A program made the position numbers and the translations under genes. The notes beneath the pieces were generated by a model that saw nothing but the letters and a program-made list of their open reading frames with translations, was not told the DNA's origin and ran no database searches. Shown piece by piece: positions 18,339-26,709 of a DNA stretch of 39,807 bases. Position 1 is the stretch's first letter. Each line of letters opens with the position of its first letter. The stretch comes from a virus. Lineage: Duplodnaviria; Caudoviricetes. The stretch covers positions 1 through 39,807 of IMG/VR virus record IMGVR_UViG_3300012816_000022; one strand, given 5' to 3'.

Positions 18339-18386
18339 ACTGTGCCGAGGGGGGCACAAAAAACTAAGGCCGACGTGTGTCGGCCT
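18339..18386 (-). promoter_or_regulatory. Late promoter/terminator element 2 (upstream of capsid operon)
   Basis: Minus strand AGGCCGAC-ACAC-GTCGGCCT-TAGTTTTTTGTGC-N9-CACAGT. Confidence 0.78.
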
Positions 18387-18408
18387 CAATGACGGAAAGG
18401 GGGAATGG

Positions 18409-18924
18409 CTATGGTTTTGGCTTCTGATTCAGAACCGTGAGGCTTTCCAAAGCTCGCTTGGCGCCATCCTCATGATCTACAAATGACTTGATAGTGCTCG
18501 CTGGCACCAAGGTCAAAAGAACGGTCCACAGTTGAAAGAGTGTCAGAGCAACGAGAACGCCATAGGAGATGCCTCTACACCACTCGATGTCAAAAGGCAT
18601 TGGATACTTCTTGGCGATGGGGGCCGCAACACCAATGACCAGAATAGCGCCTAGGATCAATGTGGAGTTGACTACCGGACTGAAGAGCTGCCCGACACCG
18701 GTTTCCTTCGGCCCGGTATGGTTTGCAGGTTTGAACGACAGTTTCAATCGTTCTGGATAGATGATGGCGAGCCAGGCGCCAATCACACCGAAAATGATTG
18801 CAGCTGTGGTACGTAGCCCTTCATACATTGGCCACTGTTCGGCAAAGGGAACTTTTCGGCCAAACCAAGCCCCTGCGAGCACGGCCGCAACAGCCAGAGT
18901 CCAACCGATCACCCTACGCAACAC
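18409..18924 (-). CDS. Four-TM membrane protein, moron gene 2
   Basis: 171 aa with four hydrophobic helices; lower GC than flanks; 9 bp after partner gene. Confidence 0.8.
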   Translation of the reverse strand: MLRRVIGWTLAVAAVLAGAWFGRKVPFAEQWPMYEGLRTTAAIIFGVIGAWLAIIYPERLKLSFKPANHTGPKETGVGQLFSPVVNSTLILGAILVIGVAAPIAKKYPMPFDIEWCRGISYGVLVALTLFQLWTVLLTLVPASTIKSFVDHEDGAKRALESLTVLNQKPKP

Positions 18925-18933
18925 ATCTATTCC

Positions 18934-19953
18934 TTAGTTCAATCGACCAAGAAGATACTGCTTGTGCCTAGCAAGCTCACGCAGCAAGGAATCTGGACGG
19001 ACCAACTCAGTATTGTCGCGCTCCACTTCAAGCGCGAGCGTTTCTCGCACGTATTCTTTGCCGAGCCAATGCGTTTGAGCATCGCCGTGAAAAACGAAAC
19101 CATAGTCGGTGTCGTCTCCATCCTCGTCGTTCCAGCTAGCAACTATTTCACGTACCTCATCTTGCTGCAAGCCTTGAACTGAAACCTCGTAGTTCATGGT
19201 GGCTTCTTGCTGTACCGTCCGGTGATTCGCGAGATGCATGCCAACAAGCAGTCGTTGGAACAGGCTCCGTTCCGCACGAATGGTCAGATCTAGTTTGGCT
19301 CTCTTCTTGAGCTTTCGAATGTTTGCTGCATTCTTCACAATCAATTCGAGTGGGCCAGGTTTCACAAATACTTCTGCCTGAAAACGCGCTCGCAGAAACT
19401 CAGGGACATCATTTGGGTTGGCGCGATATCCCAGAATGTCACGTTGACCTGCTTGATTAGGGTCTCCCCACGCAACGTACGATGTAAACCGTGTAACGAA
19501 GCTGCGCATGTACTTTGCCAAACCGTAGAAGCCGGCAGTTGGGTGTTGAAAGCGGACACTTGCAATAAGGCCCTCCCCGGGAAGTATCCAGAAGTAGGTG
19601 GCATGCCCCGGAATGTGGCCTTCCTCAACTTCTGTTTCGGCAACTTCCGCTCGTCCAACCGGCGCTTCACCGTTTATCGAGGCCACTTTGCCATCCGTAT
19701 TGGCGACTTCGTTCCATAGCCTCAGCAACCAAGCATCCCCAGATTGAGTCACATCAACCAAGTACACCGGCAATAGATTCCCACCGTCATTCGGCTGAAA
19801 TGTCTTGGTGTGACCAAGTTTCTTGCCTGCCCCCCAGCGGCCAAGATCCGCCAGAATTTCGTCAAGTCCACCAAATTTTGGATTCTTGTGATTCCCCCTG
19901 GGGTAGTACCCACAGGATTTGACCTTGTAAAACGAAACCTTGACCTCTTCCAT
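18934..19953 (-). CDS. Soluble hypothetical protein, moron gene 1 (339 aa)
   Basis: Long ORF with lower GC and RBS GAGGG; no recognised catalytic motif; interrupts head gene cluster. Confidence 0.8.
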   Translation of the reverse strand: MEEVKVSFYKVKSCGYYPRGNHKNPKFGGLDEILADLGRWGAGKKLGHTKTFQPNDGGNLLPVYLVDVTQSGDAWLLRLWNEVANTDGKVASINGEAPVGRAEVAETEVEEGHIPGHATYFWILPGEGLIASVRFQHPTAGFYGLAKYMRSFVTRFTSYVAWGDPNQAGQRDILGYRANPNDVPEFLRARFQAEVFVKPGPLELIVKNAANIRKLKKRAKLDLTIRAERSLFQRLLVGMHLANHRTVQQEATMNYEVSVQGLQQDEVREIVASWNDEDGDDTDYGFVFHGDAQTHWLGKEYVRETLALEVERDNTELVRPDSLLRELARHKQYLLGRLN

Positions 19954-20114
19954 CTGTAGCCCTCAAGCTCGGTTTTTGTTGGGGGCATTAAATCACGCTC
20001 GATACTTTTAAACACACTTTAAATGGCCCAGCAGGATGGGTTCGGAATAATTCCTAGGGGGGTGCCGCAGCGGAACGGTTTAAAGCGCTGTGGCCCGCAA
20101 CAGCTCGCACCCTC

Positions 20115-21038
20115 TCATTCCTGCCGACGTCCTGCATCCTTCGCCGCCTTGTCCAGGGCCGCCTTGCGCGCATCCAGCTTCAGCTCCAGCTCAGTGAACG
20201 GCTTGGCCCCCGGGGTGGCTACCTTCCAGCTCTTCAAGTAGGGAATGGCGAGGCAGCCGCAGTTGATCACCTGTTCGGGCGGGGCCTTGGGGTCGTGAGG
20301 GCACTGCATCAGGTCAATGCCGCCACCGGGGTTGGGCACCTTGAAGGACTCACCCGCATCCACGACCTGTCCGTCCATGAGGTCATGGGTCCAGCGACTG
20401 TGAATCTTGCCGCTGCGCCGCCACTGCTTGCCGAGGCCTGGCACCAGAGGGGCTGCTTGCACAAGACGCTCTTTGGATGCCACGGCGAACGCCCGGCTTA
20501 CCTCGGTACGTACGATGGTGGTGGCGCGCCTGGTCGAGTCGCTTTCCAGGAGTGCCTGAACTGCCTTGATGGCCTGGAAGGGCGTCACACTGCCAATCGT
20601 GACCAGGCCGAGCTGCTGGCCGATCTTGCCCAAGGCCTCGGCCGCAACGTTGTTCAAGCGCTCGTGGCCGAAGGTGCGCATGGCAGACAACACCCTGGCA
20701 TCCAGGGCCGTGAGGCGCATCTCCACCGCGTGCCCTGCGGCGGCCAACGGCTTGTCCACCAGGTCCTCTCCTTGCTGCCAGGCATCTCGCAGGGCCAAGT
20801 CGGTTTCCGCCCCTGCCTTTTGACCTGTTGCGACGAGCACGGTCGAGATCTGGTCCCGTAGCCTGGTCAGATGCCATTGTTGCCACTCGGCGGGCTGGCT
20901 TGCGAGCTGGGCCGTGATCTGGCTCAACGCGTCCCGAAGCAGGCCCACGACCTTTTGGTCGGCACCAATGAGAAGCCGGGCGCGCTCCGCCAGGCGCTCC
21001 TTAAGCACCGCCTCGAAACGCTTTTGCTCGGGCGTCAC
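20115..21038 (-). CDS. Head morphogenesis protein (Mu gpF / SPP1 gp7 family)
   Basis: RATTIVRTEVSRA...KQWRRSG...H..MDGQ...PHDP...INCGC motif; follows portal. Confidence 0.85.
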   Translation of the reverse strand: MTPEQKRFEAVLKERLAERARLLIGADQKVVGLLRDALSQITAQLASQPAEWQQWHLTRLRDQISTVLVATGQKAGAETDLALRDAWQQGEDLVDKPLAAAGHAVEMRLTALDARVLSAMRTFGHERLNNVAAEALGKIGQQLGLVTIGSVTPFQAIKAVQALLESDSTRRATTIVRTEVSRAFAVASKERLVQAAPLVPGLGKQWRRSGKIHSRWTHDLMDGQVVDAGESFKVPNPGGGIDLMQCPHDPKAPPEQVINCGCLAIPYLKSWKVATPGAKPFTELELKLDARKAALDKAAKDAGRRQE

Positions 21039-22552
21039 GCCTGTTCAGCCGTTGCAGGAACCGGGGCGGGTTCCGGTGCTTTGGGCTGTACCTTGCCCGC
21101 TTGCAGCGCGTCGCGCAGGTCGGCAGGCAGGTTGAAGCTGTCCTCCGCCGCCTTGGCCTTCTTGCGTTCCTGATGCTCCTTACGTGCAGCATCCAGTTCC
21201 GTCTTGGCGTCGAAGTCCTGCCCGAACCGCTGGGCCACGTCGGCTACCAGCTTCAGGGCGGTTTCCTCGGTCAGCAGCCCTGCATCAATCATCTGGATCA
21301 CCGCTGTGACCAGCGAAGCCATGGCGGCGGCGAACTTCGTCACGTCGCGGTTTACCAGCTCGGGGAAGACCGCCGTCACCTGCCACTTGTCCTCGGACCA
21401 GTCAGGCCTCACGCCGCTGACTTGGGCAGAGCGCCACAGCACGAAGCGGCCGATCTCTTCCAGCATCAGCTTCAGGAAGTTTTGGCGCCCGGTGTAAATC
21501 TTGAACGTTGGCTCTCCCATCTCCGAGGCAGCGGCACGGTTCACGTCACCGCCACCGCCGTACCAATGCTCGGGCGTGGTGCTGCCGCCCAGTACATGAT
21601 TGCGCAGCAGCCGGGCGCTCTCGCTGGTGTCGGCGGCCTGCAGGCTCGGGCTCTTGGCTTCCAGCTTCACGCTGTCGTTGTGCACGAAGGTGCTGTTGGG
21701 TGCCGGGGCCTTGAATTCCTTCTCATAGTCCTTCACGGCCTGGGGGTCTGCCCCGGTCAACGTCACATCCCAGGTAAAGGCGCGCAGGTAGCCAATCCGG
21801 TCCAGCTCGTTGAAAAGAAACTCGTCGTAGGCGTCAAGCCAGTCGATCTGCCCCAGCAGGTCGCTGCGGCCCCGGCTGCCGTTGGGGAACTTGTTTAGCT
21901 GGTACAGCAAACATTCACCGTCCGTGAAGTCCTCGGAGCGGATGCGGGCGGTGTTTGCACTGAACAAGTCGCTGTCCTCGCCCAGCACGATCACCCGGTA
22001 CTTGTGCTGCTTACCCCGGTTGTCGCGCTTGGTCACAACGCCAATGGGTTGCTCGGGGTTGTCCGGGTCGGTCACCACGGTAGCGATCTGACGCGGGTCC
22101 AGGTAGCCCAGACGAACAAAGCCATCCCCATCGCGCACGTTGGCGATGTAGCACTGCTCACCCAGCAGGCCCAGGGCACGCACGCGGGGCGTGAGTTTTA
22201 AAGGCCAGTTGTTAATGGGGTCCGACCAGAAGGCATTGAGCAGCTTCTGGTGCTCCTCATCTTTGCACTGCAGAGTGACGCCCTCGGCCAGCAGGTAGGC
22301 CAGAGGCAGCTCCACCAGGCGGTTGGCGAGCAGGTTGCTCTGCCAAAGGTACTCGGCCACCTTCTGCATACGGTCCTGCGCCATGGGCGAGAGGTCGCGG
22401 TCGTTCTGGTTGCTCAGGCCGTCGCCGCTCAGGCGGCGCCAGCCGGGCTCATCTGCGCCTTGAGCAGATGCAGCCTCACGGACGGGGTTGGATTGCTGGG
22501 CAGGGGCGGCGGTGATGCCCACGGCCTCTTTCAGTCGATCTATCAGCCACAT
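21035..22552 (-). CDS. Portal protein
   Basis: Start re-placed to ATG 22552 (505 aa); between TerL and gpF-like gene; GRSDL motif, size and position. Confidence 0.82.
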   Translation of the reverse strand: MWLIDRLKEAVGITAAPAQQSNPVREAASAQGADEPGWRRLSGDGLSNQNDRDLSPMAQDRMQKVAEYLWQSNLLANRLVELPLAYLLAEGVTLQCKDEEHQKLLNAFWSDPINNWPLKLTPRVRALGLLGEQCYIANVRDGDGFVRLGYLDPRQIATVVTDPDNPEQPIGVVTKRDNRGKQHKYRVIVLGEDSDLFSANTARIRSEDFTDGECLLYQLNKFPNGSRGRSDLLGQIDWLDAYDEFLFNELDRIGYLRAFTWDVTLTGADPQAVKDYEKEFKAPAPNSTFVHNDSVKLEAKSPSLQAADTSESARLLRNHVLGGSTTPEHWYGGGGDVNRAAASEMGEPTFKIYTGRQNFLKLMLEEIGRFVLWRSAQVSGVRPDWSEDKWQVTAVFPELVNRDVTKFAAAMASLVTAVIQMIDAGLLTEETALKLVADVAQRFGQDFDAKTELDAARKEHQERKKAKAAEDSFNLPADLRDALQAGKVQPKAPEPAPVPATAEQA

Positions 22553-22556
22553 GGTG

Positions 22557-22736
22557 TCATTCCTCTGCAGCCAGCTCGGCGCCCACAAGGGCGAGCGCCA
22601 GGCGGCCATGGTCGTTGTGAAGGGCGATCACCTCGCGCAGCTTCTGCGCGGCCAGCTCGATCCCCTTGCGGTCAGCGGCTGGCAGGCCCGCGATGTGGCC
22701 CCGGATGATCAAAACGTTTTGTTGGTCTTCGGTCAT
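22557..22736 (-). CDS. Small hypothetical protein (59 aa)
   Basis: Read manually: MTEDQQNVLIIRGHIAGLPAADRKGIELAAQKLREV...AAEE*; RBS AGGGA; fills TerL-portal gap. Confidence 0.65.
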   Translation of the reverse strand: MTEDQQNVLIIRGHIAGLPAADRKGIELAAQKLREVIALHNDHGRLALALVGAELAAEE

Positions 22737-22748
22737 GGCAGTCCCTGG

Positions 22749-24419
22749 TCAGCCGCGCCGAAACATGCGCTGGGCTGTGTGTCCGTAGCGCTCGCGGGCA
22801 GACTGTTGACTGCCCTGGCTGTTGCCACCTTGGGCGGCGGCAGCAACCCCACCGGTCACGGCCAGCATCCACAGCATCACCACCATGTCGGGGCCATCGT
22901 CGTGATCGGCCTTGGGGAAGTGGCGGAACTGGTCGGTCAACGTGGTCTGGCTGCGGTGCAGTCGGATCAGGCCGTTGTGCATGTGCGGCTGCAGGCTTTC
23001 AATGCGCAGCACCTTGTCGGCGATGGGGAGCAACCCGCGTGCCGGTACCGGAACGCCGAGCTGGGCGCTGCGCTTGACCAGCTCGGTGCGCAGGAACTCC
23101 TGAAACTGCACCGATTCCACGCCCCACACAATGCAGCAGTACTCCCGCTGAAAATCAATGATGTCGCTGATGATCCGGTCGGGTGTGCGCTTCTTGATCT
23201 TGGCTTCGACCACATCCAGGATGCCGGTGGTGCGCTGATAGCCACCGATGCCCAGGGCACTGGGGTCGCGGCTGTTGCCATGCCTGCCTAAGGATGGATC
23301 GGCCGCGCCATAGAACACCCACTCGGCCAGGCGGTTCACCCAGAACTGGATGCTGTGGGCAAAGGGGGCATCCTCGCCCGCTACCGGGTCGTTCTGCTGC
23401 TCGCTGTCGAAGGCGCTGTGGCCTTCTCGGGCACGGCGGATCATCAGCTTGTGGATGGGGCGCAGCGCGGGCCAGCTCACCACCGCACCTTTGTCCATCT
23501 CGGTCTGTTGCTCGTGGTACATCGCCATGGCGGCGGCCTCGCCCTCCTGAGGCGTTTCAGCGCCCAGCAGCAGCCCTTCAAATTGCTCCCACAGATCCAT
23601 GCGGTCAGGCCACTGGATGATGGCTTTAAAGACCTTGCGGTTCCACAGCGGGTTTTTAAGGAAGCGCGCAAGCACCGAGTCGTAGTGCAGCACCGTGCCG
23701 ATGAGGATGGCATCCATGCTGTCGTCGGGTGGCCCCAGGTTCAATACGGAAGCCGTGACGAACTTCTGCAGCTTGTCGCGCTGAGCCGGGGTTGTGACGT
23801 TCTCGTCGTTCTCGATGTCGTCCATCACCGCCAGGTCTGGGCGGTGGGCGCCATGGCGGCGGCCCCGAATCTTCTTGGCCGAGCCGAAGGCCTCGACCTT
23901 GCGGCCGTTGGCCGTGACGATCACGCCCGCACGCCAGACCTTGCCCTGGCCGCAGGCTTCGGGGAAGTCCCCCTGCAGCCGTGGGTTGGCTTCCAGCTCG
24001 GCCTTGATGGCTTCCAGCATCTCTGCGGCCTGCTCGAAGGCGTCCATGATGATTACGGGATACCACTTGATCCCGGTCACCACGCACCAGAGAACGAACG
24101 ACATGCTCACCTTGGTGGACTTGGCCTCACCCCGTGGGGCGGCCAGGGCGTCCCGCTGGCCGCTGGATGCATTGACCATTTCAGGCAGGCGCTTGTACAG
24201 GTATTGGTGCAGCGCGCTGGGCTCGGCGGTGCCGTAGTGCGGGAAGTAATTCCGGTCCCAGTATTCATACCCGGTCACCGGGTCGAACACCTTGCGGCGG
24301 CGCTCGGCAATGGCCTCTGGCGCTACGTCCCATCCGTCGAGGTTGGCGTCGATCTGGCGGCGCAGGCCGTCGGCCAACGCGGCCAGGCCTTCGAGGAACT
24401 CCTTGCTGCTCTTTGCCAT
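22749..24419 (-). CDS. terL: Terminase large subunit
   Basis: Walker A APRGEAKST, Walker B LAVMDDIE, nuclease AADPSLG...DPSA and HDDGPD. Confidence 0.95.
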   Translation of the reverse strand: MAKSSKEFLEGLAALADGLRRQIDANLDGWDVAPEAIAERRRKVFDPVTGYEYWDRNYFPHYGTAEPSALHQYLYKRLPEMVNASSGQRDALAAPRGEAKSTKVSMSFVLWCVVTGIKWYPVIIMDAFEQAAEMLEAIKAELEANPRLQGDFPEACGQGKVWRAGVIVTANGRKVEAFGSAKKIRGRRHGAHRPDLAVMDDIENDENVTTPAQRDKLQKFVTASVLNLGPPDDSMDAILIGTVLHYDSVLARFLKNPLWNRKVFKAIIQWPDRMDLWEQFEGLLLGAETPQEGEAAAMAMYHEQQTEMDKGAVVSWPALRPIHKLMIRRAREGHSAFDSEQQNDPVAGEDAPFAHSIQFWVNRLAEWVFYGAADPSLGRHGNSRDPSALGIGGYQRTTGILDVVEAKIKKRTPDRIISDIIDFQREYCCIVWGVESVQFQEFLRTELVKRSAQLGVPVPARGLLPIADKVLRIESLQPHMHNGLIRLHRSQTTLTDQFRHFPKADHDDGPDMVVMLWMLAVTGGVAAAAQGGNSQGSQQSARERYGHTAQRMFRRG

Positions 24420-24423
24420 GGCG

Positions 24424-24921
24424 TTACTTCACCTTCGCCAGTTCTTCACCGAAGGGCTCCAGCAGCTCCACCATGGCCGTGAGGTGCTGCGGAAACTTGG
24501 CCTGGGCAAACGACACCAGGCGCTGCAGCACGTCGAGCTGGATGGCCTGCTTGTTCAACTCGGGCGACAGGCGCTTGAAGCTCGCCATCGTCTTGTTGAA
24601 GCTGTCGCTCATGCTGGCGAGCGTTTCTGCCCGCTGCATCGGCCCCATGTCCTTGGCTTCGCGCAGCAGGTCCATGGTGGCCTGGTGCTGCACCAGGTAG
24701 TCTTCCAGCAGCTTCTTGCTCAGGCTGGCGAAGTTATCGTCTCCCAGTGCCATGGCGGCGCGAACGCTGTCCCAGTCGTCGCCCTTGTCGGCGGCTTCTT
24801 GCTTCCAGCGATTGGCGGTGCTGCGTGGCACGCCCACCTTCTTGCAGGCGGTCTCCATCGGTAGGCGCTGGTACACATACAGGCCCCGGAGCTGCGTGCG
24901 CTTCTCGGATGCGTGGGCCAT
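24424..24921 (-). CDS. Terminase small subunit (DUF1804-like)
   Basis: ATG 24921; N-terminal HTH, WK...GDDWDSVRAA motif, C-term LLEPFGEEL; directly before terL. Confidence 0.8.
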   Translation of the reverse strand: MAHASEKRTQLRGLYVYQRLPMETACKKVGVPRSTANRWKQEAADKGDDWDSVRAAMALGDDNFASLSKKLLEDYLVQHQATMDLLREAKDMGPMQRAETLASMSDSFNKTMASFKRLSPELNKQAIQLDVLQRLVSFAQAKFPQHLTAMVELLEPFGEELAKVK

Positions 24922-25193
24922 TACTGTCCGGCGCCTCCACGGCCCAGCCATTGCTTCACGCCCTCGATAGCCAGGGCGATGCCGATGGACACGGCAGAGC
25001 CGCTGATGGCACCAGCCACTGCCGCCTTTTGTTCCACCACGCGCAAGCGCTTGTCGATGGCGTTGTGACGCTCTTCCATGCGCTGGTCGAGGGCGTCGAT
25101 GCGCTGATCCTGGCGGCCCAGGTGGGCGGTAATGCTGTCGAGCTTGCCGTCCATCTTTCCCAGCAGCATCAGTTCGTCTTTTTCCATTGGCAT
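24921..25193 (-). CDS. Coiled-coil protein with C-terminal TM (lysis-accessory position)
   Basis: 90 aa; heptads then AAVAGAISGSAVSIGIALAI; between spanins and TerS. Confidence 0.65.
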   Translation of the reverse strand: MPMEKDELMLLGKMDGKLDSITAHLGRQDQRIDALDQRMEERHNAIDKRLRVVEQKAAVAGAISGSAVSIGIALAIEGVKQWLGRGGAGQ

Positions 25194-25200
25194 GGAGGGT

Positions 25201-25800
25201 TCACTTTCCGTTTAAAAAATCGATCAGGTGTTGGTAGCGCTGGCGGTCATCTGCGCAGGCTTTGGCGTTGGCTGCGTGATTGGCCCAGGCGTCGTCGAGG
25301 GTGAGCCCGGAGCCTTGGGCACAAGCAGCGTCGGTGCTTTGGGTGGGACGAGCAAGGCTGCAGGCACCGGTCGCTTGGTCGATGCCGGTGAGGGCGCCGT
25401 TCCACATGCGGACAGCAGCAAGAGTGAGGACAGGGCTGCTATCGACAGCAGTTGCAGGCGCACTCCGCTCATCCGGGCCCGGCGAGTCAGGCCCAGGCGG
25501 GTCGCTGCGGGCGACAACAACCACAGGCCCAGGAACAACAAGAGGCACACGGCGGCGAAGGTCCTGATAAGTGGCGTTGAGGGCGGCATAGCGGTCTTCC
25601 TGGTCAAGGTGTTCGGTGAGGTAGTTGGCAGCTGCCTGGTCGGCGCGCTTGGTTTCCTTGGCGGTCTCTTCGCGCTCGGCTTCCAGGGCTTTCGCGTGCT
25701 TGGCCTGCCAGGTGTTGTCGGCGGCGGTGTGACCCCACCAGTAGCCGCCACCGACTAAAGCCAGGGCGGCAACGAGGGCAATGAGCAGACGAGCAGCCAT
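25201..25800 (-). CDS. Inner-membrane spanin (Rz-like)
   Basis: N-terminal TM (LLIALVAALALVGGGYWWG), periplasmic coiled coil; follows endolysin. Confidence 0.8.
   Translation of the reverse strand: MAARLLIALVAALALVGGGYWWGHTAADNTWQAKHAKALEAEREETAKETKRADQAAANYLTEHLDQEDRYAALNATYQDLRRRVPLVVPGPVVVVARSDPPGPDSPGPDERSAPATAVDSSPVLTLAAVRMWNGALTGIDQATGACSLARPTQSTDAACAQGSGLTLDDAWANHAANAKACADDRQRYQHLIDFLNGK
25224..25472 (-). CDS. Outer-membrane spanin lipoprotein (Rz1-like), embedded in Rz
   Basis: Alternate frame: MSGVRLQLLSIAALSSLLLLSAC lipobox then Pro-rich tail; 82 aa. Confidence 0.75.
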   Translation of the reverse strand: MSGVRLQLLSIAALSSLLLLSACGTAPSPASTKRPVPAALLVPPKAPTLLVPKAPGSPSTTPGPITQPTPKPAQMTASATNT

Positions 25801-25804
25801 GGCA

Positions 25805-25912
25805 TCAATGGGGCAGTTGGCCGACCATCCACATGACGGCCAGGCAGAAGATGAGGAAGGCGATCAGGGCCGCGCCTGCAACGCCCATCAAGATACGTTT
25901 GAGGGTCTTCAT
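25805..25912 (-). CDS. 35-aa single-TM peptide (possible holin/antiholin-type lysis regulator)
   Basis: ATG overlaps endolysin stop (ATGA): MKTLKRILMGVAGAALIAFLIFCLAVMWMVGQLPH*. Confidence 0.6.
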   Translation of the reverse strand: MKTLKRILMGVAGAALIAFLIFCLAVMWMVGQLPH

Positions 25913-26598
25913 TGCTGCAGCTCCATGCACTTCTTGTGGCGCTCAAGCTGGCGGGTCCATACGCCCCGGCAGACCTTGTTACCGGGCGTGCTGCAGTCGA
26001 ACTCCCAGCGGCTGGGCTTGCCCTGGGCGTCGCGCCTGCTCACGACCCAGCCCGGCCCCTCCTGGCGGGCACTGGTCAGCTTGCGGTAGTCGAGCAGGCC
26101 ATCGCACGCGGCCTTGTAGTTGCCCGCGAGCAGCTCGCGCCGCATGGCTGATGTGCGCCAGGCGCCCACGCTGTACTGGTACACCCAATCGAGATACAGG
26201 TCGTATTCGCCCTGATGGAGTGCTACGCCTGGCAGGCTGTCGCGGAAAGCTGCCTCATCCTTGGTGATGTGGGTGTGGGCTTTGATGAGCGCGCGCACCG
26301 GGGTGGTGGTGTCGCCTAGCTTTACTGGCGTTCCGTCCTCATGGATGGTGCTGCCGAAGCCCACAGTGGGACGGTCGCCCTGCGTGGGAACGATGGCTTT
26401 ATCGGTGTAGCTCTCGTGGACCACCAGGCCCACGAGCCCAGCCGCTGAGAGCGACATGACAGCGACGATCTGGCGCGGGTTGATGCTGCCCCGCATCCCT
26501 TCTTTTGATCGTGCTCGTGGCCCAGCCCCCCAGCTGAGGATGCAGGCGAACAGCAGCACCGTGACGATGCCCAGGAGGAAAGAGGTGGTGATTCCCAT
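25909..26598 (-). CDS. Endolysin, GH24-type lysozyme with SAR-like N-terminus
   Basis: SLSAAGLVGLVVHESY...GDRPTVGFGST...YKAAC...CRGVWTRQLER; start at ATG 26598 (leaderless after late element 3) or ATG 26496. Confidence 0.88.
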   Translation of the reverse strand: MGITTSFLLGIVTVLLFACILSWGAGPRARSKEGMRGSINPRQIVAVMSLSAAGLVGLVVHESYTDKAIVPTQGDRPTVGFGSTIHEDGTPVKLGDTTTPVRALIKAHTHITKDEAAFRDSLPGVALHQGEYDLYLDWVYQYSVGAWRTSAMRRELLAGNYKAACDGLLDYRKLTSARQEGPGWVVSRRDAQGKPSRWEFDCSTPGNKVCRGVWTRQLERHKKCMELQQ

Positions 26599-26604
26599 GC
26601 CGCG

Positions 26605-26652
26605 ACTGTCGAGGTCGGGGCACAAAAAACTAAGGCCGACATATGTCGGCCT
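26605..26652 (-). promoter_or_regulatory. Late promoter/terminator element 3 (upstream of lysis/packaging operon)
   Basis: Minus strand AGGCCGAC-ATAT-GTCGGCCT-TAGTTTTTTGTGC-N9-GACAGT, 6 nt before ATG 26598. Confidence 0.78.
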
Positions 26653-26709
26653 GATAGCTCTATCTGAGACTAGTCAATCTTACTGGACGCCTGTAGGCGC
26701 CACCCACTC

